Source of the DNA: a virus
Taxonomy: Duplodnaviria; Caudoviricetes
Virus record (IMG/VR): IMGVR_UViG_3300030376_007782
Location: 1-61,725 of that record
DNA length: 61,725 bases
Strand: one strand, 5' to 3'
Both the position numbers and the translations under genes were made by a program. The notes beneath the pieces were generated by a model. It ran no database searches. It had not been told where the DNA came from and worked only from the letters and a program-made list of their open reading frames with translations. Shown here one piece after another: positions 37,074-46,273 of the stretch. Within the stretch, counting starts at the first letter, position 1, and every line of letters begins with the position of its first letter.

Positions 37074-37952
37074 TCAGCGGGGTTGGGTAGATGTGTAAAC
37101 AGAAGATTCTGTAACACCGTCGGGCTGAAGAGCCACGTCCTGACGCTCTGGAGGAGAATCGGGAAGAATCCAACAGACTTCGCAAATTGCGAGAGCCTTT
37201 TCGTCGCCAGACAAGAAGTTGTTGCCAGCGCGAGGATCGTAAACACCAGAACCTTGCACCACAGGGGAGGCATTGGTTGTTGCAAAAAGCTTCCACTGAG
37301 TTTCCGCAGTAGTAGCTTCCAGCAGACTGGAGTCGATGATGTTGGTGGAAGCAACCGATCCGTTAGGAATGCAGCGGTTAGCACCAATGGCGGAGACTGC
37401 GAAACCACCCGAAACAACAGTGTTGTCATTCGGATAGCCTTCACCCACGGCGGGAGCCAAGGACAAAGTAGGTGCAGCTTCTGAGCCAGGGATACCAGAG
37501 CTGACTACGTCTCCTCCGGTGATCCGCAGAGAAGCGCGGTAGCAATAGACGCCTGAAGGAACCTGAATACCGTCAGCAATGTCCTGACGAACATCCTTAT
37601 GGAAGTCCGGTGAAGGGATGATGACAGCAGCGTTACTAAAAGCAACGTTGGAGTTGCCGTTAGGGGAGCTGTTAACACCAGAGCCATAGGCTTGGGTGTA
37701 GTACTCCAGCTGGTTGACGGAACCAAGAGCTTGGTAGCTCAGGTCAACGTAACCAATTGCTTGTTGAGCAACCCAGCCGGGACGGAAGATGACGCCGACA
37801 GGACCACCAACAGGCTGGTTGGTGTAGCTCGAAGAAACGCCATTGGCGTTCTCGAACTGCATGGTTTTTTCTTCGTGCCAGTAACGAAGAACATTTGCGT
37901 AGTTGCCAGGATAAATCTTGGCGACTGAGATCTGGTTGGGATTAATTGCCAT
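37074..37952 (-). CDS. minor capsid/decoration protein
   Basis: Directly after MCP, GAGG RBS, co-terminated; beta-rich. Confidence 0.6.
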   Translation of the reverse strand: MAINPNQISVAKIYPGNYANVLRYWHEEKTMQFENANGVSSSYTNQPVGGPVGVIFRPGWVAQQAIGYVDLSYQALGSVNQLEYYTQAYGSGVNSSPNGNSNVAFSNAAVIIPSPDFHKDVRQDIADGIQVPSGVYCYRASLRITGGDVVSSGIPGSEAAPTLSLAPAVGEGYPNDNTVVSGGFAVSAIGANRCIPNGSVASTNIIDSSLLEATTAETQWKLFATTNASPVVQGSGVYDPRAGNNFLSGDEKALAICEVCWILPDSPPERQDVALQPDGVTESSVYTSTQPR

Positions 37953-37963
37953 CGTTAGTTACC

Positions 37964-39079
37964 TCAAGCGTCGAAGGAGTAACCAACGGTCACGAAGTCT
38001 GCATTTAGCAGCTCGAAACCAGCATACAGGCTCCAGATCATCATGATGAATCGCGAGAAGTCATCATTATTATTCAGGAGTACCTGTGCATTGTTACCGC
38101 CGATGCCGACGCCAACAGACTGAGGACCGAAGAACATACCGATCGCAGCGTTGTAATCAGCTGCTGCACCGGCAATAGTTGCGTTTTGACTTTGAGAAGG
38201 CATGTTGGTCGATTCGAAGAATCGCACACCTTCAAATACAAAGCCCGTAGGCATGATCGGCTCGCCAGCTACGAAAGTAGCCTGACCGAAACCCTGACCC
38301 ATATACAGCGCAGCGTTAGGCTGCATTGCTGACATAAGGGGATTAATCTGACCGTTACCGGGGTAGCGAGCCACCTCACGGAAGTCAGAGTTTTGACGCA
38401 AGTGCATCAAAAATGTAGGGTCGCAAACGCAGCGGTAGAACCCATCCTGGTAGGTAGGGGTGTTGCGCTTACGGAGCGATTTGACCACGCGGAGGAGGTC
38501 ATCTTTAACGTCGAACTTGGCTTGCTCGGCGTTGGTGTATGTAAGTGCTCCCGTGGCAAGATCGCCAGGGAAGTAGTAACCACCTTGTGTATCTGATGAT
38601 TGGCCTTTAGAAACAGCTTTTAGAAGCTCGTTAATAAAGACGCGATCACGCCAACGGCGGTAATCATCCAACAAAGTCAAGCTGCCTATGCTCTGATGGA
38701 AGGTAGTTAGATTACCTGTATCGAGCAACAATCGTTGCGCAGTGATGAGAGTCTCACGCGCAACTTTGAAGGTAGAAGGTTGTGTTGGATCTGAAGGATC
38801 TGCAGGTCCCGTATACTCACGAAGCGTGACTAATACCTTGTCTTTTACGATATTCCTGCTGTTTGCAGTACCAATCGTTTGCTCAGCTGTACGCTCACGT
38901 GACTCCTTAGAGCCAGGATTGCCGAAGAACTTGTAACGGTCAAGCTGTACAGTCTGACCCGGCTGTTTTGAAAAATCGTGGACAATAACAGGCTCTGCAG
39001 CCATTTCCACGATGTAAGCCGGGTGGGGACGATACAGTTCCGCACCAAGAATCTTCGGAAAATCATTATCGATGAACAT
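37964..39079 (-). CDS. major capsid protein (N4-gp56-like HK97 fold)
   Basis: DFSKQPGQTVQLDRY, VLVTLREY, GFYRCVCDP, GFVFEGVRFFESTN, FFGPQSVG. Confidence 0.85.
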   Translation of the reverse strand: MFIDNDFPKILGAELYRPHPAYIVEMAAEPVIVHDFSKQPGQTVQLDRYKFFGNPGSKESRERTAEQTIGTANSRNIVKDKVLVTLREYTGPADPSDPTQPSTFKVARETLITAQRLLLDTGNLTTFHQSIGSLTLLDDYRRWRDRVFINELLKAVSKGQSSDTQGGYYFPGDLATGALTYTNAEQAKFDVKDDLLRVVKSLRKRNTPTYQDGFYRCVCDPTFLMHLRQNSDFREVARYPGNGQINPLMSAMQPNAALYMGQGFGQATFVAGEPIMPTGFVFEGVRFFESTNMPSQSQNATIAGAAADYNAAIGMFFGPQSVGVGIGGNNAQVLLNNNDDFSRFIMMIWSLYAGFELLNADFVTVGYSFDA

Positions 39080-39160
39080 CGATAAATTCCGTAGAAACTA
39101 CCTGCTAAGTCTACGTTGTAGCGTTACTAAAACACTACATGGGTGTTGCATTCTTAGCGG

Positions 39161-40372
39161 TTACTTTACGGTAACACCAGCAGAGTTAACACTAGCGCTA
39201 AAGGTGCGTTGTACGTTCCGAGAAGCCTCTCCAATCATGCCGTAGACACCGCCATAGTTTGTGACATATATAGAGGACTTACCTCTGTACATCCGACGGA
39301 TGTTGCTATCCAGAGTTCCAGGAAGCTTAGATCGCACGATCTCACTAAAAGTTTCACAGTAAACAGGAGGGTTGTAAACCCACGCAGCTCTAGATCCGGA
39401 GGTATCCCCTGTTTTGTTGATTATTGTCGGATACTGAGCGCGTGGGTAGGAGACACCACCACCTGTACTTCCGTTTTGCTTTCCGTCTGCTTGAGGAGTT
39501 TGAAAAGGAGAATAAGACTGATTGTTAGGTGCAAACGCACCCCACCACGTGTAAGCTCCCTTGCTTCTCAACCCAGGTTGACCACCTAAAGCAGTTTGAA
39601 CAGTCGAAGCAGTATTGCTTCGGTAGAGGTTCTGATACCTAAAACCGTCCTGCAGGGTGAGCTGACCAGAAACTGCTGGAAACTCAAATGAGGTGTAGTT
39701 GCTCCAGTAACCAGGAACTGCAGGAGGAACAGTTCTCCAATTTGTGGTTTGATACAGAGGATTGTTAATAGGCACACCTCCGTACGGGAAGTTTGTAGTG
39801 CCACCCATATTGGGGTGAATCTGACAGTAGGGGTAGATAACTTCCATTGGAAGTAACTCACCTACTACTCTTACAAACGCTCCAGTAGTTCCCGGTACTC
39901 CTGAATATGTCACTCCGTCAGTTAAGAGCGTCCCTCCTGCATGCGTCCCATCCGCAGTAAGACTCAGTTTAAAAGGATGAGGTACTAATGAAACGTCGGA
40001 AATATCAAAAGTGTATGTACTCCCCTCAAAAATAAAAAAGTTGGTGTTTTCGACTCCATCGAAGTAAAAACGATTACCAGCCGGAGTATTGACCACCGTG
40101 ACTGTGATGGTTTTGTTTTCTGGGTATGTAGGTTGGTTGATTTCCGACGCAAAAGTCATCGGAGGACCTGGGGTAATAATCCCAAAATTTGGTCCGTCGT
40201 TAATAACGGTGAAATAACTTTGTTGTTTACCGTTAGGCATTCGGTATCCACTTGATACCAGTTTGTACGTATCTGTTAAGTCAAGACTATCCTCTGTGCG
40301 CTGTGGCCCTGACTGTATATTGTGATAAAGGTTCTTGTCGTACTTCCAGTTAGTTTGAGATGCGTAAGTCAT
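39161..40372 (-). CDS. virion structural protein with cupredoxin-like domain
   Basis: GSTYTFDISD...HPFKLS...DGTH...YPYCQIHPNMGG. Confidence 0.65.
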   Translation of the reverse strand: MTYASQTNWKYDKNLYHNIQSGPQRTEDSLDLTDTYKLVSSGYRMPNGKQQSYFTVINDGPNFGIITPGPPMTFASEINQPTYPENKTITVTVVNTPAGNRFYFDGVENTNFFIFEGSTYTFDISDVSLVPHPFKLSLTADGTHAGGTLLTDGVTYSGVPGTTGAFVRVVGELLPMEVIYPYCQIHPNMGGTTNFPYGGVPINNPLYQTTNWRTVPPAVPGYWSNYTSFEFPAVSGQLTLQDGFRYQNLYRSNTASTVQTALGGQPGLRSKGAYTWWGAFAPNNQSYSPFQTPQADGKQNGSTGGGVSYPRAQYPTIINKTGDTSGSRAAWVYNPPVYCETFSEIVRSKLPGTLDSNIRRMYRGKSSIYVTNYGGVYGMIGEASRNVQRTFSASVNSAGVTVK

Positions 40373-40433
40373 AATCTTCTTTCTGCTTTTTGAATCCTAG
40401 ATCATTTAAAATATTTATAGTTTCGGGGAACCG

Positions 40434-40802
40434 ATGAATTATCTAGCCGAAAAAGCTCTAGATGTTCTGACAGACGACCCTGAACAATTTATGGCTGCAA
40501 TGTCAGGATCAATCACAGATTCTATTTTGCATCCAAAAAAACTAATGTCGTGTTTGTTAAAAACAGCGGTAGTTGGTTTTTTCTTGGCTGAGTTCGTTAG
40601 TCCTGCGATTGCACAAAGACTAGAACTCAGTCCTAAAGAAGCTGTAGCCCTTTCCTTTATCTGCGGTTATGCAGGAATAAGAGGACTAAGAATTGCAGAA
40701 AATATGGTGATGAAAAAAATTCAACCGATGGGAGGAGTAAGCGATATTTCGACGCCTTCGTCAAAACCATCAGAAGAAGCTTCTACGTCTTCTGCTGACT
40801 GA
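40434..40802 (+). CDS. holin-like membrane protein
   Basis: AAMSGSI...AVVGFFLAEFVSP...ALSFICGYAGIRGL TM pattern. Confidence 0.6.
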   Translation: MNYLAEKALDVLTDDPEQFMAAMSGSITDSILHPKKLMSCLLKTAVVGFFLAEFVSPAIAQRLELSPKEAVALSFICGYAGIRGLRIAENMVMKKIQPMGGVSDISTPSSKPSEEASTSSAD

Positions 40803-40903
40803 GTAATTTCAGTTGTTTTTTTGTTGGGTTTTGCTTTTGCTTCAACAGGAGCTGCTTGCAAAGGAATCATTCGAGTACCAGCAGCATCAGGAGAGAGTGC
40901 CAT
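40721..40903 (-). CDS. small hypothetical protein
   Basis: 60-aa ATG ORF with TAGTAT -10 box upstream; convergent overlap with 40434. Confidence 0.5.
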   Translation of the reverse strand: MALSPDAAGTRMIPLQAAPVEAKAKPNKKTTEITQSAEDVEASSDGFDEGVEISLTPPIG

Positions 40904-40936
40904 AGTTTAAAACTGTGAGTCAGCTAATACTAAGTC

Positions 40937-40969
40937 AAAAAAATACCCCCGCATTGACTGCGGAGGTAC
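40937..40969 (-). terminator. Rho-independent terminator after scaffold gene
   Basis: GTACCTCCGCA-GTCAA-TGCGGGGGTAT-TTTTTT on the minus strand. Confidence 0.85.
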
Positions 40970-41012
40970 TGTGTTCAAGATCTGTATCGAGGAGATCCGA
41001 ATTAAGCCTATA

Positions 41013-41945
41013 TCAGGCTCCTTCCATAAACAAGAGCTTATTACGCATAGCGTCTTGGTTCATGCCCTGGAGGTAACGCCAAGCGTTTTCAGGATTGCGG
41101 TTCATAACTTCAGAGAAGCCTTCCCACTGCTGCTGAGGAGCTACGGAACCTTGCTGACCACCAGCGCCAGCAGGTACAGCAGGCATATCAAACTGTTGTT
41201 GATACTGCTGTTGTGGTTGTTGATAACCACCTTGCTGTCCCATCTCATCACCGATGTCCACGGGGTAGACCTCAGTGAAGTAGCGATCTGTGTAGTCAGC
41301 CAGATGATCAGGATGGGTAAGAATCTGATGCATCGCACCAGCCTTCTGGTTCAAAGCGTCGTAACGCTGAGACTGATCAATAAGCATATCCTCAAGAGCA
41401 CATGAGTACTGATTGAGGATTCCAGGAGCTTCGATTCCGAAGTGCCTAACGACCTCTTCGCTTACGTTGCTTAGGCTTATTTGGCTGGGTGCCGTAGAAG
41501 CCGGAGAGGAAGTTTGGGTCGGTGAGGCGCTGGTAGGCAATGTCTGCGCTGCCTGCGGTTCCTGGTAAGCCCAAGGCTGGGCCTGTGAAGGCTGACTGAG
41601 CGTTGCTGTATCCACCTGTGGCGCTTGATTGAGCGACCACTGAGTCGGGCTGGGGGAGGGAGAGTTGACCTGAGTCAGCACCCGCTCCAGCGAACCCATC
41701 GCTGCTTCCCAAGGATTGTTCGGGAAGGACTGCGATGGAGACTGGCTGTACTGGTTGTTGGTAGTAGGGGCCGTAGCCTGTGTTACCTGCTGTGGCGAGG
41801 GGGCTGTAGGTACCGAAGCTGCCACCGGGGTAGCTGCTTGAGGTACCCACTGGGGATAAGCGGTTGAGCCCTGGTCGCTGGTTACCGTCGGGGCTACCGC
41901 CGGGGAGACCGGGCTCGGGGTCGAAGCTTGGATCTGCTGGCTCAT
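41013..41945 (-). CDS. putative capsid scaffolding protein
   Basis: P/Q/S/T-rich N-term, coiled coil, C-terminal helix (FSEVMNRNPENAWRYL); located between portal and MCP. Confidence 0.7.
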   Translation of the reverse strand: MSQQIQASTPSPVSPAVAPTVTSDQGSTAYPQWVPQAATPVAASVPTAPSPQQVTQATAPTTNNQYSQSPSQSFPNNPWEAAMGSLERVLTQVNSPSPSPTQWSLNQAPQVDTATLSQPSQAQPWAYQEPQAAQTLPTSASPTQTSSPASTAPSQISLSNVSEEVVRHFGIEAPGILNQYSCALEDMLIDQSQRYDALNQKAGAMHQILTHPDHLADYTDRYFTEVYPVDIGDEMGQQGGYQQPQQQYQQQFDMPAVPAGAGGQQGSVAPQQQWEGFSEVMNRNPENAWRYLQGMNQDAMRNKLLFMEGA

Positions 41946-43671
41946 AGCTACCCGAATAAGTTAGTTCTTCAGCGAGATGGTCAAACGTCCTGTAAAGGAG
42001 CGGTGTGATGTTTAGTCTAGGATCAGCCGCAAGTGGTTGATCTGGCGCAAGGGGATGCGGTGATTGCAACATCTGGCTTAATAATACCAGGAATTGTTGC
42101 ATTGCTGCTTGAGTTTGTTGAACCATACGAAATGGGAAACCCTGCAGCATTTCTGCTCTTTCGTTGTCAGTTTTTTCAGGAAAAAGGAATTTAAGTGCTT
42201 CCACACTGTCTACTCCTAGTTCTTGCAAGTTTCTAACAACAATCGACTTCTGGTTGATGTCGTAAGCGGTGTCTTCGTAGACATCACCTTGGTAACGATA
42301 AGTCACCTGACGCTCACCGTCTTCAGGAAGACCAACTACACCAGGAGGGACTTTGCCCTTCTCAATAGCAGTCTTAATCTCCTGATTCACCTTGTTATCA
42401 AAGCGGCGAAGAGAAGTTTGATACTTCTCATTCGACTCAGGAGTTTGCTCCTTAGGAGGTGAGGGAACTTTCATTCCCGAAGCAACAATAAAGGACTCTC
42501 GGAAAATTTGTTCCTGGTGGTAGATAATCATTTCCAACAAACGGCAAAATCCGTAGGTCAGAAACGACTTATTTTTCCGAAGAGCAGTTGCTTGCGCTCT
42601 ACCAGTGAGACCTTTGATCTCTGTGGCAGTTGCACCAGCTGAGATTGAGATTTCGTCGACTCCGCCAAGCGCTGTACGAATTTCTTCGCGTAGTAACAGC
42701 GAATAACGGTTCATATCCCCAGACACAGGGTCTGGAGTCATGTAACCGACTCGATCTGAAGGCTCGATGTTCGCAATAATTCGCGGAACACGTAGCCCAC
42801 CACCCATAGCGGTGCCAAAAGGCTCGCTAACCCTTGTTGAGGGGGTGCTTTGACCCGCAAATCCGCTCTGACTGCTGATTGTCGGGCGGAAAGTGTTCTG
42901 AGCGTCGTTAGCTTCGACCAGATCACTACGGGGACGGGAACTAATCAGGGTGGGGTTGCCAAAGAACTCGATATTCTTGGCAACATTGCGAATAATCTGA
43001 TCATGAAGCACGATTTGCTCCATAAATGGGTCAAATTCGCCCTCACCCTCTGTTCCTGATGCGTTTGGCTTGTTTAGAACCTCTACAGCAGGTACGAAAC
43101 CCAGAGTGTTCTTTCTTGTGTTGCCTGGAGTCAGTACACTTCCGGGTTCTAACTCAAAGCTAAGCTCAGAATCACTCTCGTTTTCTGTTATTTCGTCTGC
43201 TGTAATGGATAAACGAACGTATCTTTTGTTCTGTCCATATGTCGTTGAGGGCAGACCTAAGTTACCATTCTTAACTTTATAGCTGTAGAGAATGACAACT
43301 TCCTCTACAGAACCGTTTAGGTCGTGGTAGACCCGATACTGGTTTCTGTTGAAGAAATAGATCTGATATTTTAGTTTCTCATCAGGACGAAAGTAAAACA
43401 GGCCACAGCCGTCGATCAGGAAGTTCCTAATAATCGAAGGAAATCGAATATCAAGCCTGTTCAGGGCAATAATGTCATCTAGAAACCTAGTGCGGCTCTT
43501 GTAGGTATCTTGTTCGCAGTAGAAGGTAATACCCTTCTTGATCATGTACAAGACCATCTGCTGGATGTGACTAAGCACAACCATCGTCGCTGACTGACTT
43601 GAGCGATCCTGAGTCCTTGCGGCTTCTAGGATCTCCTCAAATCGATTTCTAATTTCTGTTGAGGACGACAT
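41446..43671 (-). CDS. portal protein
   Basis: 741 aa near terminase; NTLGFVPAVEV, GEGEF, NIEFFGNP, ISAGATATEIK, RNLQELGVDS. Confidence 0.8.
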   Translation of the reverse strand: MSSSTEIRNRFEEILEAARTQDRSSQSATMVVLSHIQQMVLYMIKKGITFYCEQDTYKSRTRFLDDIIALNRLDIRFPSIIRNFLIDGCGLFYFRPDEKLKYQIYFFNRNQYRVYHDLNGSVEEVVILYSYKVKNGNLGLPSTTYGQNKRYVRLSITADEITENESDSELSFELEPGSVLTPGNTRKNTLGFVPAVEVLNKPNASGTEGEGEFDPFMEQIVLHDQIIRNVAKNIEFFGNPTLISSRPRSDLVEANDAQNTFRPTISSQSGFAGQSTPSTRVSEPFGTAMGGGLRVPRIIANIEPSDRVGYMTPDPVSGDMNRYSLLLREEIRTALGGVDEISISAGATATEIKGLTGRAQATALRKNKSFLTYGFCRLLEMIIYHQEQIFRESFIVASGMKVPSPPKEQTPESNEKYQTSLRRFDNKVNQEIKTAIEKGKVPPGVVGLPEDGERQVTYRYQGDVYEDTAYDINQKSIVVRNLQELGVDSVEALKFLFPEKTDNERAEMLQGFPFRMVQQTQAAMQQFLVLLSQMLQSPHPLAPDQPLAADPRLNITPLLYRTFDHLAEELTYSGSYEPADPSFDPEPGLPGGSPDGNQRPGLNRLSPVGTSSSYPGGSFGTYSPLATAGNTGYGPYYQQPVQPVSIAVLPEQSLGSSDGFAGAGADSGQLSLPQPDSVVAQSSATGGYSNAQSAFTGPALGLPGTAGSADIAYQRLTDPNFLSGFYGTQPNKPKQRKRRGR

Positions 43672-43677
43672 TCAGAG

Positions 43678-43821
43678 TCACTTGTCTTTTTGACGCATTT
43701 CCTTGGCCTTGCGAGATTTGTCACGAGCAGACTTACGCTTTTCGTGACGATCTTCGTCTCCTTTTTCTTCGTCACCTCCTCCTTGCTTTTTCTTGAACCT
43801 TTCCAGAAGCTCAGGTGGCAT
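43678..43821 (-). CDS. small charged protein (47 aa, MPPELLERFKKKQ...), not in ORF track
   Basis: Fills the gap between GT17 and portal; K/E/R-rich. Confidence 0.65.
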   Translation of the reverse strand: MPPELLERFKKKQGGGDEEKGDEDRHEKRKSARDKSRKAKEMRQKDK

Positions 43822-44638
43822 CTTGTTCGTCATCGGGAAGAAGATACTTTCTAACTCTCTCTAGTTTAACCACCTCTTCGGGCAAATCCTCAAGAGGATA
43901 CTCAGTTAATAAATGGTCTTCGCGTCCGAGCATATCGGTATTGCCGGGTTCCGCAACAAAATCTTCGCACAGCTGCTGTACTTCGGGTTTGTCCCAAATG
44001 TAGTACTCGGCGATGTTGCGGAGCTTGGTTTTTCTTCGGTCTGAGTCTCCCATCCAAGAGAAATGCCAACCAGCGTTGCGAACACCAACGTAATAGTTAT
44101 CAGTCGACGCTCGCATCGCCGATAGAGTTCCGAATTCTTTGAGTTTGCCGACTGTGCTAGCCACACCACAACGCCAATCAAAAAGTTCACCTTCAGGAGA
44201 GATAAGCTGCCGGTCTGCACGTCCATAGTGCATGCTCATGCTCATTCTAATTACTTTATTTTCCTCCATATCGACTGATCTCTTGATCGCTTCGAGTGCA
44301 GAAGGATTCGTAATCTCGTCGCAGTCAGAGCAGATGAAGTAGTCGTCATCATCGAGCATGTGAAGACCAACGCTCAAAGCATCTCGTTGTCCTCTTTCTC
44401 GAATCCAGGGGTCTGGAGCTTCCGTAACGTTGGGTAGCTCTACATGCAGAACTTGAATCTTGTCTTCCGGTAGCCCAAGCTCGCGAATAGTTTCCACGCA
44501 GGAGAAAGCTTTCTTGTCCCCTCTGTGAGTGCGGTCAGCGTCCGTGATTAAAAAACCATCTACGTGATTTTCAAGAGTCCGTACTCTCAGCTCTAAAAGC
44601 TCTTTCTCGTTGAAATACGTAAAACAATCAATAATCAC
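43811..44638 (-). CDS. glycosyltransferase family 17-like (beta-1,4-GlcNAc transferase)
   Basis: IIDCFTYFNEKELLELR, RERGQRD, SDCDEI, AGWHFSWMG. Confidence 0.85.
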   Translation of the reverse strand: MIIDCFTYFNEKELLELRVRTLENHVDGFLITDADRTHRGDKKAFSCVETIRELGLPEDKIQVLHVELPNVTEAPDPWIRERGQRDALSVGLHMLDDDDYFICSDCDEITNPSALEAIKRSVDMEENKVIRMSMSMHYGRADRQLISPEGELFDWRCGVASTVGKLKEFGTLSAMRASTDNYYVGVRNAGWHFSWMGDSDRRKTKLRNIAEYYIWDKPEVQQLCEDFVAEPGNTDMLGREDHLLTEYPLEDLPEEVVKLERVRKYLLPDDEQDAT

Positions 44639-44662
44639 GAAACGCTTGCTAGTAGCAACATG

Positions 44663-44884
44663 CTACCTGCGATCCTTCGCTGATGCCAGAAGCTGTCTTT
44701 TCATAACTTCTATATCAGCTCTTTCATCCATATTGGGATCAAAAGCTTCATCAGAGTCTGCGTTCGGTGGAAGAGGAGGGGGAGGAGCGCCTGCTTCTTG
44801 GTTAATCCCCTGGCGAACAAAATCCCCATAGCGGTTCTCACCCCGCATGGAGTTTTGCATTTGAGAAGCTTGGTTGTAGTTCAT
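44663..44884 (-). CDS. hypothetical protein
   Basis: 73-aa Pro-rich ORF. Confidence 0.55.
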   Translation of the reverse strand: MNYNQASQMQNSMRGENRYGDFVRQGINQEAGAPPPPLPPNADSDEAFDPNMDERADIEVMKRQLLASAKDRR

Positions 44885-45162
44885 CAGAAAAGAACAACGG
44901 CGGACGTAATGTTGCCACCAGAGATGGTTGTGGCACCAACTGGAAGTAGAGGATTATTAACAAACCCTCCCATAGGAATGAGTTGTCCTTGTCCGTCGTT
45001 CAACTCGATATAAACAACATCGCTATTGTTGCCAGTGATGATGCTGACGCCACGGCACGTTGTGAAAGTTTTAGGACCATCAGAAGGTGTCCATCTAAAA
45101 CCACTTGCATAGGGCAGTGATGCAACCTGCCCGTATACAGTCCCAAAAGCCGGGATATCCAT
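44884..45162 (-). CDS. small structural/spike-base-like protein
   Basis: TCRGVSI...VYIELND...LLPVGATTI...VVLF. Confidence 0.6.
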   Translation of the reverse strand: MDIPAFGTVYGQVASLPYASGFRWTPSDGPKTFTTCRGVSIITGNNSDVVYIELNDGQGQLIPMGGFVNNPLLPVGATTISGGNITSAVVLF

Positions 45163-45179
45163 AGCTCAGTAAATAATCA

Positions 45180-45404
45180 TCAGTCTACCTCTTTCTCCTT
45201 AATCAACAGGTTTAAGTACCACTGCGCTTTTTTTAGTGACTCAACTCCTTGCTTGTGATTTTCTCTCCAGATGTATTTAATGCAGTTAGCTTTGCAGTAA
45301 CCAAAAAACTCTTCGTCGGTTAGCGCAGATTTAATCGCGTCTATGCACTCTATACCTCCAGCCGTGTAGTGCGATGGGTGGTTGACGTTGTCGATAGTGG
45401 TCAT
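45180..45404 (-). CDS. DUF3310 family protein
   Basis: DNVNHPSHYTAGGIECIDAI...KYIWRENHK...LKKAQWYL. Confidence 0.9.
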   Translation of the reverse strand: MTTIDNVNHPSHYTAGGIECIDAIKSALTDEEFFGYCKANCIKYIWRENHKQGVESLKKAQWYLNLLIKEKEVD

Positions 45405-46273
45405 ACAAACATGTTCTCAGTAGTTATGCAGTCTGCCTGCTTCAGGAGTGTACCAGAATACTTTGTATCCAAGTGACGTATTAAACCTTCGTCAGCAATG
45501 GTTACCCAGTCACCTGTATGCACCAGAGGAACCACACGTCTGTGGTCTTGACCATCTTCAAGGTTCTCAAAGGCAGTGCCCATAGATGAACGATCTGCAA
45601 TAGGCCAGTTGCGGTGACCAACCATTCGATGACTGAGTTCAGGGTGAGAGCTGACAGAAGCAATATACTCTTCAGCCATTTCTTGATCAAGGATCATCAT
45701 CCCTGAGTAAGGGTTACCTAGAAGAACGAAACCTAAATACTTCTCATGCGTGGGAGTTAGGTAGACCTTTGCCTTGTGAGGAATGTCGTGCCAGACATTC
45801 TCTGTAAGCTCGGTAAGGTTGTACCTTTTGTAGTTGTCGAAGGGGATTTTTAAATCGTCGTTTAGCTCGTATCGACAGAAAGAAGGTTCGAGGTTTAGTT
45901 CTTTCAGAGCATCTTTATTCTCCAGCCAGTAGTTGAAATTATCGAGAGTAAACAGCATGTCATTCTCTGAGTACATGTAGTAATCGTAAGTACTCTGAGT
46001 AACAGCTAGTCGCAATAGGTTTTTATGTGCCCAACAGAGGTGGTACCCCTTGTAGTTAGCAGGAGCAGTAACAAGTTCAATGTCTAGTTTTTCGCAAACG
46101 TTTGCTTCAATCAAGTCGCGCAGAGCTTCTTGATCTCGCATGTGCTCGTAATCGATATAAATAACCACCGTCGTTTGCACAGGAAACTGTGCATACTCCT
46201 TTAGACACTTGAGCAGTGGGTCAAAACGAGACAGAGGGTCGTGAGCAGTAACCAGAATCAGAAGTTTTTTCAT
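45401..46273 (-). CDS. putative glycosyltransferase (GT-A-like)
   Basis: LCWAHK...YDYYMYSENDML (ExD), NPYSGMMIL, LIRHL. Confidence 0.55.
   Translation of the reverse strand: MKKLLILVTAHDPLSRFDPLLKCLKEYAQFPVQTTVVIYIDYEHMRDQEALRDLIEANVCEKLDIELVTAPANYKGYHLCWAHKNLLRLAVTQSTYDYYMYSENDMLFTLDNFNYWLENKDALKELNLEPSFCRYELNDDLKIPFDNYKRYNLTELTENVWHDIPHKAKVYLTPTHEKYLGFVLLGNPYSGMMILDQEMAEEYIASVSSHPELSHRMVGHRNWPIADRSSMGTAFENLEDGQDHRRVVPLVHTGDWVTIADEGLIRHLDTKYSGTLLKQADCITTENMFV

Noticed and set aside
37010-37484. Alternative and antisense ORFs over the minor capsid gene
   Set aside because: They run through the terminator and have no protein-like features; typical shadow frames, as are most other nested ORFs in the track
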